In this document: positions 42,969 to 52,776 of the stretch, one piece after another | How the letters are laid out: each line of letters starts with the position of its first letter | Position numbering within the stretch: the first letter of the stretch is position 1 | Assembly (NCBI GenBank): GCA_050015075.1 | Contig: JBEKCB010000009.1 | Span: 39,386 to 103,385, forward strand | Direction: 5' to 3' | DNA length: 64,000 nt | DNA from: Candidatus Brocadiia bacterium | Lineage (GTDB): Bacteria; Planctomycetota; Brocadiia; CAIUPP01 | The notes under the pieces: generated by a model | Seen by the model: the letters and a program-made list of their open reading frames with translations, nothing else | Database searches by the model: none | Told to the model about the DNA's origin: nothing | Made by a program: the position numbers and the translations under genes

Positions 42969-44432
42969 GTGAAACTCTGCAAGCTGCCGAAGATTCTTCC
43001 GGGCATTCATCCGCCGGTGCCGGAGGACTGGGCGGAGGTCGAGGTGCTGGGCATCGCGCATGACTCGCGGCGCGTGAAGCCCGGCTCGGTCTTCGTCGCC
43101 ATCGGCGGGCACGAGCGCGACGGCAACGCCTACATCGAGGACGCCCTCGCACGAGGCGCCGTCGCCATCGTCTCCGAGAAGCCGGTCCGCCCCTCGCGGC
43201 CGGTCGTCACGCTCACGGTCAGCGACGCCCGCCGCGCGCTCGCCGCGCTGGCGAGCACCTTCTACGGCAAGCCCTCGCGCCGGCTCCACGTCATCGGCGT
43301 CACGGGCACGAACGGGAAGACCACCACGACGTACATGATCCGCTCGATCCTCGAAGCCGCCGGCTATCGCTGCGGCGTGCTCGGCACGATCGGCTACGAG
43401 ACCGGCCGCCGCTCGCTGCCGGCCTCGGTCACCACGCCGGAGTCGCTGAGCATCCAGGAGTACCTGGCCGAGATGGTCGCCGAGGGGCTCGATTACGCCG
43501 CGATGGAGGTCTCCTCGCATTCGCTCTGCATGCGGCGCGTGGACTTCGTGCAGTTCGCCGCGGCGGTCTTCACGAACCTGAGCCCGGAGCACATGGATTA
43601 TCACCGCACGCTCGCGGCCTATCGCCAGGCCAAGGCGCGGCTCTTCTCCGCGCTCGGCCCGGCCTCGGTCGCGGTGATCAACGCCGACGACAAGAGCGCC
43701 GCCGGGATGGCGCGCGGCACGTTCGCGCGCGTGCTCTACTACGGAATCAAGAACCGCGCCGAGGTCTCGGCGCGGATCAAGGAATCCACGCTCGACGGCA
43801 TCTGCATGACGCTCGCGACGCCCTCGGGCGAGGCGGAACTGCACCTGCCGCTCATCGGCACGCACAACGTCTACAACGCCCTCGGCGCCGCGGCCGTGAC
43901 GCTGGCGCTCGGGCGCGACCTGAACTGCATCCGCGACGGGCTCGAACACGTGCCGCCGGTCCCGGGCCGGCTCGAGCCGGTGCCCTGCCCGAAGGGATGC
44001 AAGGTGCTCGTGGATTTCGCGCACACCGACCAGGCGCTGAAATCGGTCTTGCAGTCGCTGCGGCCGCTGACCTCGAAGCGGATCATCGTCGTCTTCGGCG
44101 CCGGCGGCGACCGCGACCGCGAGAAGCGCCCGCGCATGGGCCGCGTCGCCGAGCTCGGCGCGGACATGGCCTGGGTCACCAGCGACAACCCGCGCAGCGA
44201 GGAGCCGCTCGACATCATCAATGAGATCCTCAGCGGAGTCCGCAGCCGGCGCCGGCTGCACGTTCAGCCCGACCGTCAGGCGGCCATCGCCGAGGCGCTC
44301 GACGCCGCGCGGCCCGGCGACCTGGTCCTCATCGCCGGCAAAGGCCACGAGCGGACACAGCGGTTCAAGGACAAAGTGATTCCCTTCGACGACCGCGAGG
44401 CCGTCGAGCGCGCCTTCGCGCTCAAGGGATGA
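42969..44432 (+). CDS. murE: UDP-N-acetylmuramoyl-L-alanyl-D-glutamate--2,6-diaminopimelate ligase
   Basis: DSRRVKPGSVFVAI, GVTGTNGKTTT, EVSSHSL, DNPRSEEP, IAGKGHE. Confidence 0.9.
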   Translation: MKLCKLPKILPGIHPPVPEDWAEVEVLGIAHDSRRVKPGSVFVAIGGHERDGNAYIEDALARGAVAIVSEKPVRPSRPVVTLTVSDARRALAALASTFYGKPSRRLHVIGVTGTNGKTTTTYMIRSILEAAGYRCGVLGTIGYETGRRSLPASVTTPESLSIQEYLAEMVAEGLDYAAMEVSSHSLCMRRVDFVQFAAAVFTNLSPEHMDYHRTLAAYRQAKARLFSALGPASVAVINADDKSAAGMARGTFARVLYYGIKNRAEVSARIKESTLDGICMTLATPSGEAELHLPLIGTHNVYNALGAAAVTLALGRDLNCIRDGLEHVPPVPGRLEPVPCPKGCKVLVDFAHTDQALKSVLQSLRPLTSKRIIVVFGAGGDRDREKRPRMGRVAELGADMAWVTSDNPRSEEPLDIINEILSGVRSRRRLHVQPDRQAAIAEALDAARPGDLVLIAGKGHERTQRFKDKVIPFDDREAVERAFALKG

Positions 44433-44456
44433 AATTTCACGCAAGGGATTAATGAA

Positions 44457-45845
44457 GTGAGCCATCAACGTCTGCGCACTGTGGGTGTGGAGATCGTGGG
44501 AGCTATCGGGAGACGCCCGGGAAGGAGGATCTGGACCATTACGGGCGTCTCCACCGATAGTCGCGTGGTCCGTCCCGGAGAGATGTTCTTCGCCCTCACC
44601 GGCGCGCGCTCTGACGGACATGACTTCGTCCGGTCCGCCCTCGAACGGGGCGCGGCGTGCGCCGTGGTCAGCCGCGACGTGGACGTTCCGCACGCGATGC
44701 GCGACCGCGTCGTGAGGGTCAAGGACACCCTGCGCGCGCTGGGCCAGTCGGCCCGCGCGTATCGCCGCACCTGGGGCGGAAAGGTCATCGCCGTCACCGG
44801 ATCGAACGGCAAGACCACGACGCGCGAGATGATCTACCACATCCTGTCCGCACATATGCCGTGCCACCGGTCGCCGAAGAGCTTCAACACCGACGTCGGC
44901 GTGTCGCTCACGCTCTTCCAGGCCGACCCGACCGACCGCGTGATCGTCCTGGAGATGGGCACGAACGCGCCGGGCGAGATCGCGGAACTGACGCAGATCG
45001 CCGAGCCGGACCTGGGCGTCATCACGAACATCGGCGAGACGCACCTCGAAGGGCTCGGCTCGATCGAGGGCGTGGCGAAGGCGAAGGCGGAGCTGCTCGA
45101 CGCGCTCGGCCGCGACAGCGCCGCGTTCCTCAACGCCGACGATCCCTGGTTCGAGTTCCTGGCCAAGCGCGTCCAGGGAAAAGTGATCAGCTACGGCACG
45201 CGGCGCGAGGCCGCGTTCCGCGGACATGACCTGCAGAGTTTCGAGGGCGGCCATTCGTTCATCATCCGCGGCGGCCTCCGGGTCGAGATCCCTGTGCCCG
45301 GCCGGCACAACGTCCTGAACGCGCTCGCGGCGCTGGCGGTGGCGGACTACCTCGGCCTGTGCCTGTCGGACGCGGCGGCGCGGATGGCGACGTTCCGCCT
45401 GCCGGAGATGCGCTACCAGGTCGAGCAGATCCGCGGGATCACGGTGGTGTTCGACGGATACAACGCGAACCCCGGCTCGATGAGCGCGGCGATTGCGGCG
45501 TTCAGCAAGACCGAGGTGCCCGGCCGGCGCGTGGCCGTGCTCGGCGACATGATGGAACTCGGCCTGCGCAGCGAGCAGCTCCATGAGGCGCTGGGCGCGG
45601 AAGTCGCGCGTTCCGGCGTCAACGCGCTCTGGGCGGTCGGCAAGTTCGCGCCGCTCGTCGCGCGCTCCGCCGAGAAAAACGGGCTCGATGGCCACGTGTC
45701 GCAGGCGGACGACGTCGGGCCGGTCGTCCGCCACGTCTGCGAATACCTGCAACCCGGCGACGCCGTTCTCGTCAAGGGCTCGCGCGGGATGAAAATGGAA
45801 CGGTTGGTCGAGGAATTGCGGGCTGCGCCCGCATTGAAGGGTTAA
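44457..45845 (+). CDS. murF: UDP-N-acetylmuramoyl-tripeptide--D-alanyl-D-alanine ligase
   Basis: TDSRVVRPGEMFFAL, AVTGSNGKTTT, LEMGTNAPGEI, NIGETHLE, YNANP, VLVKGSRGMKME. Confidence 0.9.
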   Translation: MSHQRLRTVGVEIVGAIGRRPGRRIWTITGVSTDSRVVRPGEMFFALTGARSDGHDFVRSALERGAACAVVSRDVDVPHAMRDRVVRVKDTLRALGQSARAYRRTWGGKVIAVTGSNGKTTTREMIYHILSAHMPCHRSPKSFNTDVGVSLTLFQADPTDRVIVLEMGTNAPGEIAELTQIAEPDLGVITNIGETHLEGLGSIEGVAKAKAELLDALGRDSAAFLNADDPWFEFLAKRVQGKVISYGTRREAAFRGHDLQSFEGGHSFIIRGGLRVEIPVPGRHNVLNALAALAVADYLGLCLSDAAARMATFRLPEMRYQVEQIRGITVVFDGYNANPGSMSAAIAAFSKTEVPGRRVAVLGDMMELGLRSEQLHEALGAEVARSGVNALWAVGKFAPLVARSAEKNGLDGHVSQADDVGPVVRHVCEYLQPGDAVLVKGSRGMKMERLVEELRAAPALKG

Positions 45846-45849
45846 AAAC

Positions 45850-46920
45850 GTGCTGTACGGCTTATTGTTACTGGATAACATTCTTCTGCGCGCGGGCCTG
45901 TCCTTCCTGACAGCGCTGGTCGTCAGCCTAGTGGCCGGCTCGTGGCTCATCCGATTCTTCCACCGGAAGAACGTGATCGAGGACACCACGCAGCCGGACC
46001 ACGCTGGCCTGAACGCGATCCAGTCGCTGAAGAAAGACGTGCCGACGATGGGTGGATTGATGATCCTGGCCGGCATCGTCGTCGCCACGCTGCTCTGGGC
46101 TGATTTGAAGGCGCCCACGGTCTGGATCGGGCTTCTGGTCCTGGTCGTTCTGGGCGGCGCAGGTCTTGTGGACGATTACATCAAGCTCAGGCACAAGCCA
46201 TCGCGCGGGCTGACGAAGATACAGAAGCTCGTCGTTCAGTTCATCCTCGGCGGCGTCGTGGGTTATCTGCTCATGAGATATTGGAACGGCTATCTACCTG
46301 TTGCGATGGCGATGTCCTGGGTTCGCATCCCATTGACCGGGATTTGGCTCGACTTTGGCTGGTGGTACATCCTCTGGTCCGGATTCGTCATGGCCGCCAC
46401 GTCCAATGCCGTGAACATTACCGACGGCCTCGACGGCCTTGCCGGCGGGCTGATGCTGATCGCGATGATGTTCATGACCTTTTTGGGACTGTGGGAACTC
46501 GTATCTCATTCGACAGGGGCAGAGTTCACCTTATTCTTGGAGAACCATTCCGTTCTCTGTGCCTGTAGCGCCGGGGCCGTCCTCGGATTCCTCTGGTACA
46601 ACTGCAACCCCGCACAGATTTTCATGGGCGACACCGGCTCGCTCGCGCTGGGCGGGCTGCTGGCGTACGCCGGGCTGTGCATGAAGGCTGAATTCCTGCT
46701 TCTGGTGGTCGGCGGCGTGTTCTTCATCGAAGAACTGACCGTGGCGATGCAGATCGCCAGTTTCAAGCTGACGAAGAAGCGGGTCTTCCCGATCACACCG
46801 ATCCACCATTATTTTCAGGTCCATCTGAAATGGCCCGAGCAGAAAATTGTGACGCGCGCGTGGTTCCTGGGCGCTTTCGCGGCATTTCTAGCGCTCTTGA
46901 TCTTTGCGGCGCGGGACTGA
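45850..46920 (+). CDS. mraY: Phospho-N-acetylmuramoyl-pentapeptide transferase
   Basis: KKDVPTMGG, NAVNITDGLDGLA, FMGDTGSLALGG, PIHHYF. Confidence 0.95.
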   Translation: MLYGLLLLDNILLRAGLSFLTALVVSLVAGSWLIRFFHRKNVIEDTTQPDHAGLNAIQSLKKDVPTMGGLMILAGIVVATLLWADLKAPTVWIGLLVLVVLGGAGLVDDYIKLRHKPSRGLTKIQKLVVQFILGGVVGYLLMRYWNGYLPVAMAMSWVRIPLTGIWLDFGWWYILWSGFVMAATSNAVNITDGLDGLAGGLMLIAMMFMTFLGLWELVSHSTGAEFTLFLENHSVLCACSAGAVLGFLWYNCNPAQIFMGDTGSLALGGLLAYAGLCMKAEFLLLVVGGVFFIEELTVAMQIASFKLTKKRVFPITPIHHYFQVHLKWPEQKIVTRAWFLGAFAAFLALLIFAARD

Positions 46921-46921
46921 C

Positions 46922-48076
46922 ATGAAACGAACCAGCGGAATTCTGTTGTGCTGCGTGGCGACGCTGCTGGCGCTGGGGGCGGTGATGGTGTTCTCGTGCC
47001 TCTCCGCGCGGGCGAGCACGCTGGACGTCGGGCTGGAATACCTCTTCAAGCATGCGCTCTGGGTCGCCGGCGGCGTGGTGATCATGCTGCTGATGAGCCG
47101 GCTGGATTATCACTGGCTGGAGAAGCACCAGCGGATCATCGCCGTCGCGGCGCTCGTGTCGCTGGTGCTCGTTCTGGTTCCGCACTTGGGCACGATGACG
47201 CACGGCGCGCGGCGGTGGATCCGGTTCTACGGCCCGGTCGGCTTCCAGCCGTCGGAGATCGCCAAGCTGGCGCTGCTGGTGGTGCTGTGCGGCATGGCCG
47301 CGCGGCGCGGAGAGCAGATGCGCTCGCTGCGCTCCGGACTTCTGCCGTGCATGGCGGTGGTCGGCCTGACGGCCGGGCTGATCCTGGTCGAGCCGGATTA
47401 CGGAACCGCGGCGCTGATCGGCATCATCGGCTCGCTGGTGGTGCTCGTCGCCGAGGCGCCGGTCTGGCCGATGGCCGCGGCGGGCTCAGCGGGGCTCGCC
47501 GGCGCCGCCGCGCTCGTCTGGCGATCGCCCGTGCGCCAGGCGCGCGTGCTCGCGTTCCTCGACCCGTCGCAGCATCTGGACGGCGCCGGATACCAGTTGA
47601 TGCACTCGCTGATCGCGCTCGGCAGCGGCGGGCTGCTCGGCCGAGGGCTCGGCGCCAGCCGCCAGAAGCTCTTCTTCCTGCCCGAGCCGGAGACCGATTT
47701 CATCTTCGCCGTGATCGGCGAGGAACTCGGCCTGATCGGCGCGCTGGCGGTGATTTTCGTCTTCGTGCTGATCCTGTGGCAGGGCATGAAGATCGCTTCG
47801 CGAGCGCGCGATTCGTTCGGCCGGCTGCTGGCCTTCGGGATCACGGCCCTGATCGTGTTCCAGGCGCTGATCCATATCGCCGTCGTCACCGCCTCGATGC
47901 CCACCAAGGGCATCGTGCTGCCGCTCGTCTCCTCGGGCGGGTCCTCGATTGTGGTCACGCTGGCGGCGATCGGGGTTCTTCTCAATATCGCGTCGCAGGC
48001 GGTCGAAGAGCCGAACGCGAACGTCGAAGCGCCGCCGGCGGAGGACGCCAAGCGGCCGATGGAAGCGGGCGTTTAG
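46922..48076 (+). CDS. ftsW: Peptidoglycan glycosyltransferase FtsW (SEDS family)
   Basis: FQPSEIAKL, PDYGTA, TDFIFAVIGEELG, PTKGIVLPLVSSGGSS. The start is 1 nt after the mraY stop. Confidence 0.9.
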   Translation: MKRTSGILLCCVATLLALGAVMVFSCLSARASTLDVGLEYLFKHALWVAGGVVIMLLMSRLDYHWLEKHQRIIAVAALVSLVLVLVPHLGTMTHGARRWIRFYGPVGFQPSEIAKLALLVVLCGMAARRGEQMRSLRSGLLPCMAVVGLTAGLILVEPDYGTAALIGIIGSLVVLVAEAPVWPMAAAGSAGLAGAAALVWRSPVRQARVLAFLDPSQHLDGAGYQLMHSLIALGSGGLLGRGLGASRQKLFFLPEPETDFIFAVIGEELGLIGALAVIFVFVLILWQGMKIASRARDSFGRLLAFGITALIVFQALIHIAVVTASMPTKGIVLPLVSSGGSSIVVTLAAIGVLLNIASQAVEEPNANVEAPPAEDAKRPMEAGV

Positions 48077-48108
48077 AAACAGAGTTCTCACTGTCGGAGT
48101 CCTGGCAT

Positions 48109-49296
48109 ATGGGCAAAGGAATCGAAGCCAAGCGTTTCACCGGCATCTTCGCCGGCGGCGGCACAGGCGGGCACCTGATGCCCGGATTGAGCGTGGCGGC
48201 GGAGTTGCGGCGCGCCTATCCGGACACCAGCCGGCTCTACTTCGTCGGCACTTCCAATTCGCTCGAGCGCCGGCTGGTCGAGTCGCACGGGTTCGACTTC
48301 CTCTCCCTGCCGAGCCTGAAGCTGGCCGCCTCGCCCGCGGCTCTGCCGCGCTGGATCATGCGGCTGACCGGCGGGCTGGTCGAGGCGACTCGGCTGATCC
48401 GCCGGCTGCGGCCGGACGCCGTCGTGAGCCTGGGCGGATACGCCGCCGTCGCCCCGTCGCTGGCCGCGGCGCTCTGCCGCGTGCCGATGGCGGTGATGGA
48501 GCAGAACGCGGTGCCCGGGAAGACCAACCGGCTGCTCAGCTGGTGGGCGCGCGAGGTGTACGCGCCATGGCCGGGAATCGAGTCGTTCTTCGCGTATCCC
48601 GAGCGCGTGCACGTCACCGGCAACCCGGTGCGCGAGGATCTGCCGCGCCGCCGCTCGCCCCACCTGGCCGGGCAGTTCGGCCTTAACCCGCACAAGTGCA
48701 CGCTCCTGGTGATGGGCGGCAGCCAGGGCGCACAGACGATCAACCGCGCCGTCGTCGCCGCGCTGCCGGAACTCGAGACGGAGTCCGAGTGGCTCCAGAT
48801 CCTCCACAGCACCGGCCAGTCCGGATACGAGGAAACCGCCGCGGCGTACGCCGGCCGGAAAATCCAGTCGGCGGTGCTGCCCTACGTCGAGGACATGGCC
48901 TCGGCCTACGCGCTGTGCGAGCTGGCGCTCTGCCGCGCGGGCGGGACGACGCTGGCCGAGTTGACCACGCTCGGCGTGCCGGCGGTGCTCGTGCCGCTGC
49001 CGATCGCCGCGAATGACCACCAGCGCCGCAACGCCTCGCTCGTCGCGGGAGCCGGCGCAGCGCTGTTGATGGAGCAGGCCGACTTCGCGATGGGCCGCCT
49101 GGCGGCAACGCTCGTCGGGCTGCTGCGCAACGACGAGTGCCTCGCCCGCATGCGCGCGGCCAGCCTGCGGCTGGGCCGCCCGAACGCGACGAAGAACGTC
49201 GCAGAGCGGCTTTTTCGGTTGATGAACGGGCGCAAGGGCGAGCGCGCCGCGCCGAGGGCGGAGCGCGGAGTCGAGAAGATGATAGTCAGGCGTTAG
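48109..49296 (+). CDS. murG: UDP-N-acetylglucosamine--LPS/lipid I N-acetylglucosaminyltransferase MurG
   Basis: FAGGGTGGHLMPGLSVA, VMGGSQGA, CRAGGTTLAELT. This is the C-terminal part of track ORF 46948..49296. Confidence 0.9.
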   Translation: MGKGIEAKRFTGIFAGGGTGGHLMPGLSVAAELRRAYPDTSRLYFVGTSNSLERRLVESHGFDFLSLPSLKLAASPAALPRWIMRLTGGLVEATRLIRRLRPDAVVSLGGYAAVAPSLAAALCRVPMAVMEQNAVPGKTNRLLSWWAREVYAPWPGIESFFAYPERVHVTGNPVREDLPRRRSPHLAGQFGLNPHKCTLLVMGGSQGAQTINRAVVAALPELETESEWLQILHSTGQSGYEETAAAYAGRKIQSAVLPYVEDMASAYALCELALCRAGGTTLAELTTLGVPAVLVPLPIAANDHQRRNASLVAGAGAALLMEQADFAMGRLAATLVGLLRNDECLARMRAASLRLGRPNATKNVAERLFRLMNGRKGERAAPRAERGVEKMIVRR

Positions 49297-49324
49297 GCGT
49301 CATCTCCTGTAGGAGATTCATTTC

Positions 49325-50827
49325 GTGCGCAGGCGGCGTAAAACAACCCGGAAGCAGCTTCAGCTCTGGCCGAAGCCCGCGCCGGCGCAGCCATCGAGGG
49401 AAAGCGGCGCGCCGATTCCCTGGCGCGGCACCGCGGTGCACCTGATCGGCATCGGCGGCGTCGGCATGAGCGGGATCGCCGCCCTGCTGCCGCACTACGG
49501 CTGCACCGTCACCGGCTGCGACGCCGGCGGCAGCGAAATCATCGAATCGCTCACGCGACGCGGCATCCGTGTTTCCATCGGCCACAGCCCCGAGCACATC
49601 ACCGACAAACTCGGCCTGGTCATCGTCTCCGCCGCGATCCGCGACACGAACCCGGAAGTGCGCGAGGCGGCGCGGCGCGGCATACCCGTCATCAAGTACG
49701 CGCAGGCGCTCGGCTGGCTGATGAAGGACCGCGACGGCATCGCCGTCAGCGGCGCGCACGGCAAGACCACCACCACTTCGATGATCGCCTACGCGCTGAG
49801 CTACGGCGGCAAGCATCCCGCGATGGTCGTCGGCGGCGTCGTGCCGCAACTCGGCGGCAACTCGCTCACCGGCCGCGGCGGACCGTTCGTCGTCGAGGCG
49901 TGCGAATACGATCGCTCGTTCCTCAACCTCAGTCCGAAGGCCGTCGTCGTCACCAATATTGACCGCGAGCACCTCGATTACTATTCGGGCCTCGAGGAGC
50001 TGGTCGAGGCGTTCGGCGCCTTCGTCGCGCAGGCGCCGGCCGACGGGCTCTGCGTGGCGAACGGCGACGACCCGAACGTCCTTCGCGCCGTGAAGCAGAG
50101 CCGCGCGCGCGTCGAGACCTTCGGCGACGGGAAAGACTGCGACTGGCGCGTCAGCGAATGGTCCCGCGCCGAAGGACGCACGCGGTTCCGCGCCTTCCAC
50201 CGCGGCAAGAACGTCGGCGTTTTCGAACTGCTCGTGCCGGGCTACTACAACGTGCGCAATGCGCTGGCGTGCATCGCCATCAGCAGCTTCTTCGACGTGA
50301 ACCGCCAGGACGTGCGCGAGTCGCTCGCCGAATTCCGCGGCGCGCGCCGGCGCTTCGACCGCCTCGGCGAGGCCGCCGGCGTGATGGTCTTCGACGATTA
50401 CGGCCACCACCCGACCGAGGTGCGCGTCACGCTCGACGCCGCGCGGCAGGAATTCCCGAAGCGCCGCCTGCTCTGCGTTTTCCAGCCGCATCAGTGCAGC
50501 CGCACGCGGCTGCTCATGAACGATTTCGCCGGCGCGTTCGGATCGGCCGACTGCGTCATCGTCCCGGATATCTACTCGGTGCGCGACAACGAGGCGGACC
50601 GGGCGAGCGTGCACTCGCAGGACCTCGTCGCCACGCTGCGCCGCAATGGTGTGCAGGCGGAATACGGCTCGCAGTTCCCTGAGACCGTGGATCGCCTGCT
50701 CCACTCCGTCCGCAGCGGAGACCTGGTGATGACGATGGGGGCAGGTCCGGTGAACGACGTGGGGATACGCCTGCTGCAGGAACTCAAGAAAAGGGAGCAA
50801 AGCGATGAACTGGTACTCAGGGCTTGA
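49325..50827 (+). CDS. murC: UDP-N-acetylmuramate--L-alanine ligase
   Basis: VHLIGIGGVGMSGIA, VSGAHGKTTTTSM, EACEYDRSF, DDYGHHPTE. The start is uncertain. Confidence 0.9.
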   Translation: MRRRRKTTRKQLQLWPKPAPAQPSRESGAPIPWRGTAVHLIGIGGVGMSGIAALLPHYGCTVTGCDAGGSEIIESLTRRGIRVSIGHSPEHITDKLGLVIVSAAIRDTNPEVREAARRGIPVIKYAQALGWLMKDRDGIAVSGAHGKTTTTSMIAYALSYGGKHPAMVVGGVVPQLGGNSLTGRGGPFVVEACEYDRSFLNLSPKAVVVTNIDREHLDYYSGLEELVEAFGAFVAQAPADGLCVANGDDPNVLRAVKQSRARVETFGDGKDCDWRVSEWSRAEGRTRFRAFHRGKNVGVFELLVPGYYNVRNALACIAISSFFDVNRQDVRESLAEFRGARRRFDRLGEAAGVMVFDDYGHHPTEVRVTLDAARQEFPKRRLLCVFQPHQCSRTRLLMNDFAGAFGSADCVIVPDIYSVRDNEADRASVHSQDLVATLRRNGVQAEYGSQFPETVDRLLHSVRSGDLVMTMGAGPVNDVGIRLLQELKKREQSDELVLRA

Positions 50828-51767
50828 GTCGTTCGTGCGAGTGGACGAGCCGCTGGCCGAGCGCACGACGTTCGCCATCGGCGGTCGGGCGGCGTACTTC
50901 GTCGAGCCGACGACGGAGGCGGAGTTTGCCGCCGGCTACGCGGCCGCTATGCGCTCGCGGCTGCCGGTGTTCATCCTCGGCGGCGGAAGCAACCTGCTCG
51001 TCTCCGACAAGGGCGTGCCGGGCGTCGTGATCTGCACGACGAAGATGGCGGACAAGTCCATGCCCGCGCAGAGCCATTCCAGCTTCAGCGCGCACGCGGC
51101 CGGTTCGCTCGTCCAGTTGCGCGCCGGGACGAGCCTGGAGAAGGCCGTCCTCTGGACTGCGCGCGCCGGGCTCTCGGGGCTGGAGTGCCTCGCCGGGATT
51201 CCCGGCACCGTCGGCGGCGCCGTCCGCATGAACGCCGGCGGGCGCTACGGCATGATCTGCGACGCGATCCACGCGGTCTGGTGCGTGGACCGCCAGGGCC
51301 GCATCTACATGCGCAACGCCTCCGACATCCAGTGGGGCTATCGGGCGACCGACCTGGGCGACCCGATCGTCCGCGTCGGCTTCGACCTGCAGCGCAAGCC
51401 GCCCGAGGCCGTCAGGCTCCAGCGCTCGAAAATCCTCTCCGAGAAGCGCTCCTCGCAGCCGGTGCAGCAGCACAGCGCGGGCTGTTTCTTCAAGAACCCG
51501 GGCGAGGAGAAAGCCGGCGAACTGATCGAGATGGCCGGGCTGAAGGGCTATCGCGTCGGCGAGGCGTGCGTCTCGCCGAAACATGCGAACTTTATCGTGA
51601 ACCTCGGTGGCGCGACCGCGAACGACGTCCTGGCGCTCTCGGACACCGTCCGCGACCGCGTCTATGCCGAGTTCGACGTCTCGCTCGAGAACGAAGTTTC
51701 CACGTGGGGTTTGCCGCGCGAGCGCCCGCCGGTGAACCGCCTTTTCGTGTCGCCGGCGCGGGTGTGA
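50805..51767 (+). CDS. murB: UDP-N-acetylenolpyruvoylglucosamine reductase
   Basis: LAERTTFAIGGRAAYFVEP, ILGGGSNLLVSD, GIPGTVGGAVRMNAGG, AGCFFKNP. Confidence 0.9.
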   Translation: MNWYSGLESFVRVDEPLAERTTFAIGGRAAYFVEPTTEAEFAAGYAAAMRSRLPVFILGGGSNLLVSDKGVPGVVICTTKMADKSMPAQSHSSFSAHAAGSLVQLRAGTSLEKAVLWTARAGLSGLECLAGIPGTVGGAVRMNAGGRYGMICDAIHAVWCVDRQGRIYMRNASDIQWGYRATDLGDPIVRVGFDLQRKPPEAVRLQRSKILSEKRSSQPVQQHSAGCFFKNPGEEKAGELIEMAGLKGYRVGEACVSPKHANFIVNLGGATANDVLALSDTVRDRVYAEFDVSLENEVSTWGLPRERPPVNRLFVSPARV

Positions 51768-51819
51768 TTCCAGGATCCTGGTGGATAAGAAACGTCATCA
51801 CTTTCTGAAAGGGCAGAAC

Positions 51820-52758
51820 ATGCGTCGAAGAATCGCGGTGTTGATGGGCGGAGTCTCAGCGGAGCGTGAGGTGTCGCTCAAGTCGGGCAAAGGCATTGCC
51901 GAAGCGCTCCGCCAGAAGGGGCACGAAGTCCACGAGGTGGACATCGCCGAGGAGAGCATCGCGCCGGTGCTTGGCGTCCGGCCGGAACTGGCCTTCATCG
52001 CCCTGCATGGCCGGTTCGGCGAGGACGGCGGGATCCAAGGACTGCTCGATGAGGCCGGAATCGCGTACACCGGCTCCGACCCGCAGGCCAGCCGCGCGGG
52101 GATGGACAAAATGGCTTCCAAGTGCTTCTTCATCACGCACGATGTCCCGACGCCGCCGTTCCGGCTCTTGACGACTACGCAGTCGTGGGAAAAGGTCGAG
52201 GCCGCCATCGAGGAGGTCGGCCTGCCGCTGATCGTCAAGCCGCTGCGGCAGGGTTCGAGCTACGGCGTCTCCCTGGCGAAGACGCACGAGCAGGTGGCCA
52301 CCGGTCTCGCCGAGGCGCTCAAGTACGGCCAGCACGCGCTCCTCGAGCGGTTCATCCCGGGCCGCGAGTTCACCGTCGGCATCCTCGACCAGGCTGCGCT
52401 GCCGGTCATCGAACTGCGGCACTCGCACGACATCTTCGACTTCGACGCCAAGTACACCGACCGCGGCACGGAGCGCGTGGTGCATCCGGAACTCCCGCGC
52501 GAGACCACGGAGAAGTTGCAGGAACTCGCCCTCGCCGCGCATCGCGCCCTGGGTTGCCGCCACTTCAGCCGCGTGGACCTGATGCTCGAAAACGACGGCT
52601 GCCCGTACGTCCTCGAAGTGAACACCATTCCGGGCTTCACCGAAAAGAGCCTGTTCCCGCTCGCCGCGCGTGAGGCTGGAATCCCGTTCGCGGACCTCTG
52701 CGACCGCATCGTGGACCTGGCGCTGACGCCGGCACCGGTGGAAGTCGGCGGGATCTAG
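51820..52758 (+). CDS. ddl: D-alanine--D-alanine ligase
   Basis: IAVLMGGVSAEREVSLKSG, LHGRFGEDGGIQGLLD, GSSYGVS, EVNTIPG. The start is internal to ORF 51781..52758. Confidence 0.9.
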   Translation: MRRRIAVLMGGVSAEREVSLKSGKGIAEALRQKGHEVHEVDIAEESIAPVLGVRPELAFIALHGRFGEDGGIQGLLDEAGIAYTGSDPQASRAGMDKMASKCFFITHDVPTPPFRLLTTTQSWEKVEAAIEEVGLPLIVKPLRQGSSYGVSLAKTHEQVATGLAEALKYGQHALLERFIPGREFTVGILDQAALPVIELRHSHDIFDFDAKYTDRGTERVVHPELPRETTEKLQELALAAHRALGCRHFSRVDLMLENDGCPYVLEVNTIPGFTEKSLFPLAAREAGIPFADLCDRIVDLALTPAPVEVGGI

Positions 52759-52776
52759 AAAGAATGAGAATGTGCC

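Noticed and set aside
42870-46118. 1082-aa ORF on the minus strand
   Set aside because: It is antisense to murE, murF and mraY, which have unambiguous motifs on the plus strand. Its sequence is Arg/Ala/Gly-rich low-complexity, typical of open antisense frames in high-GC DNA.
46948-49296. 782-aa plus-strand ORF treated as one protein
   Set aside because: Its first roughly 387 codons are an out-of-frame reading through ftsW (Arg/Ala/Gly-rich). Only the part from the ATG at 48109 is MurG.
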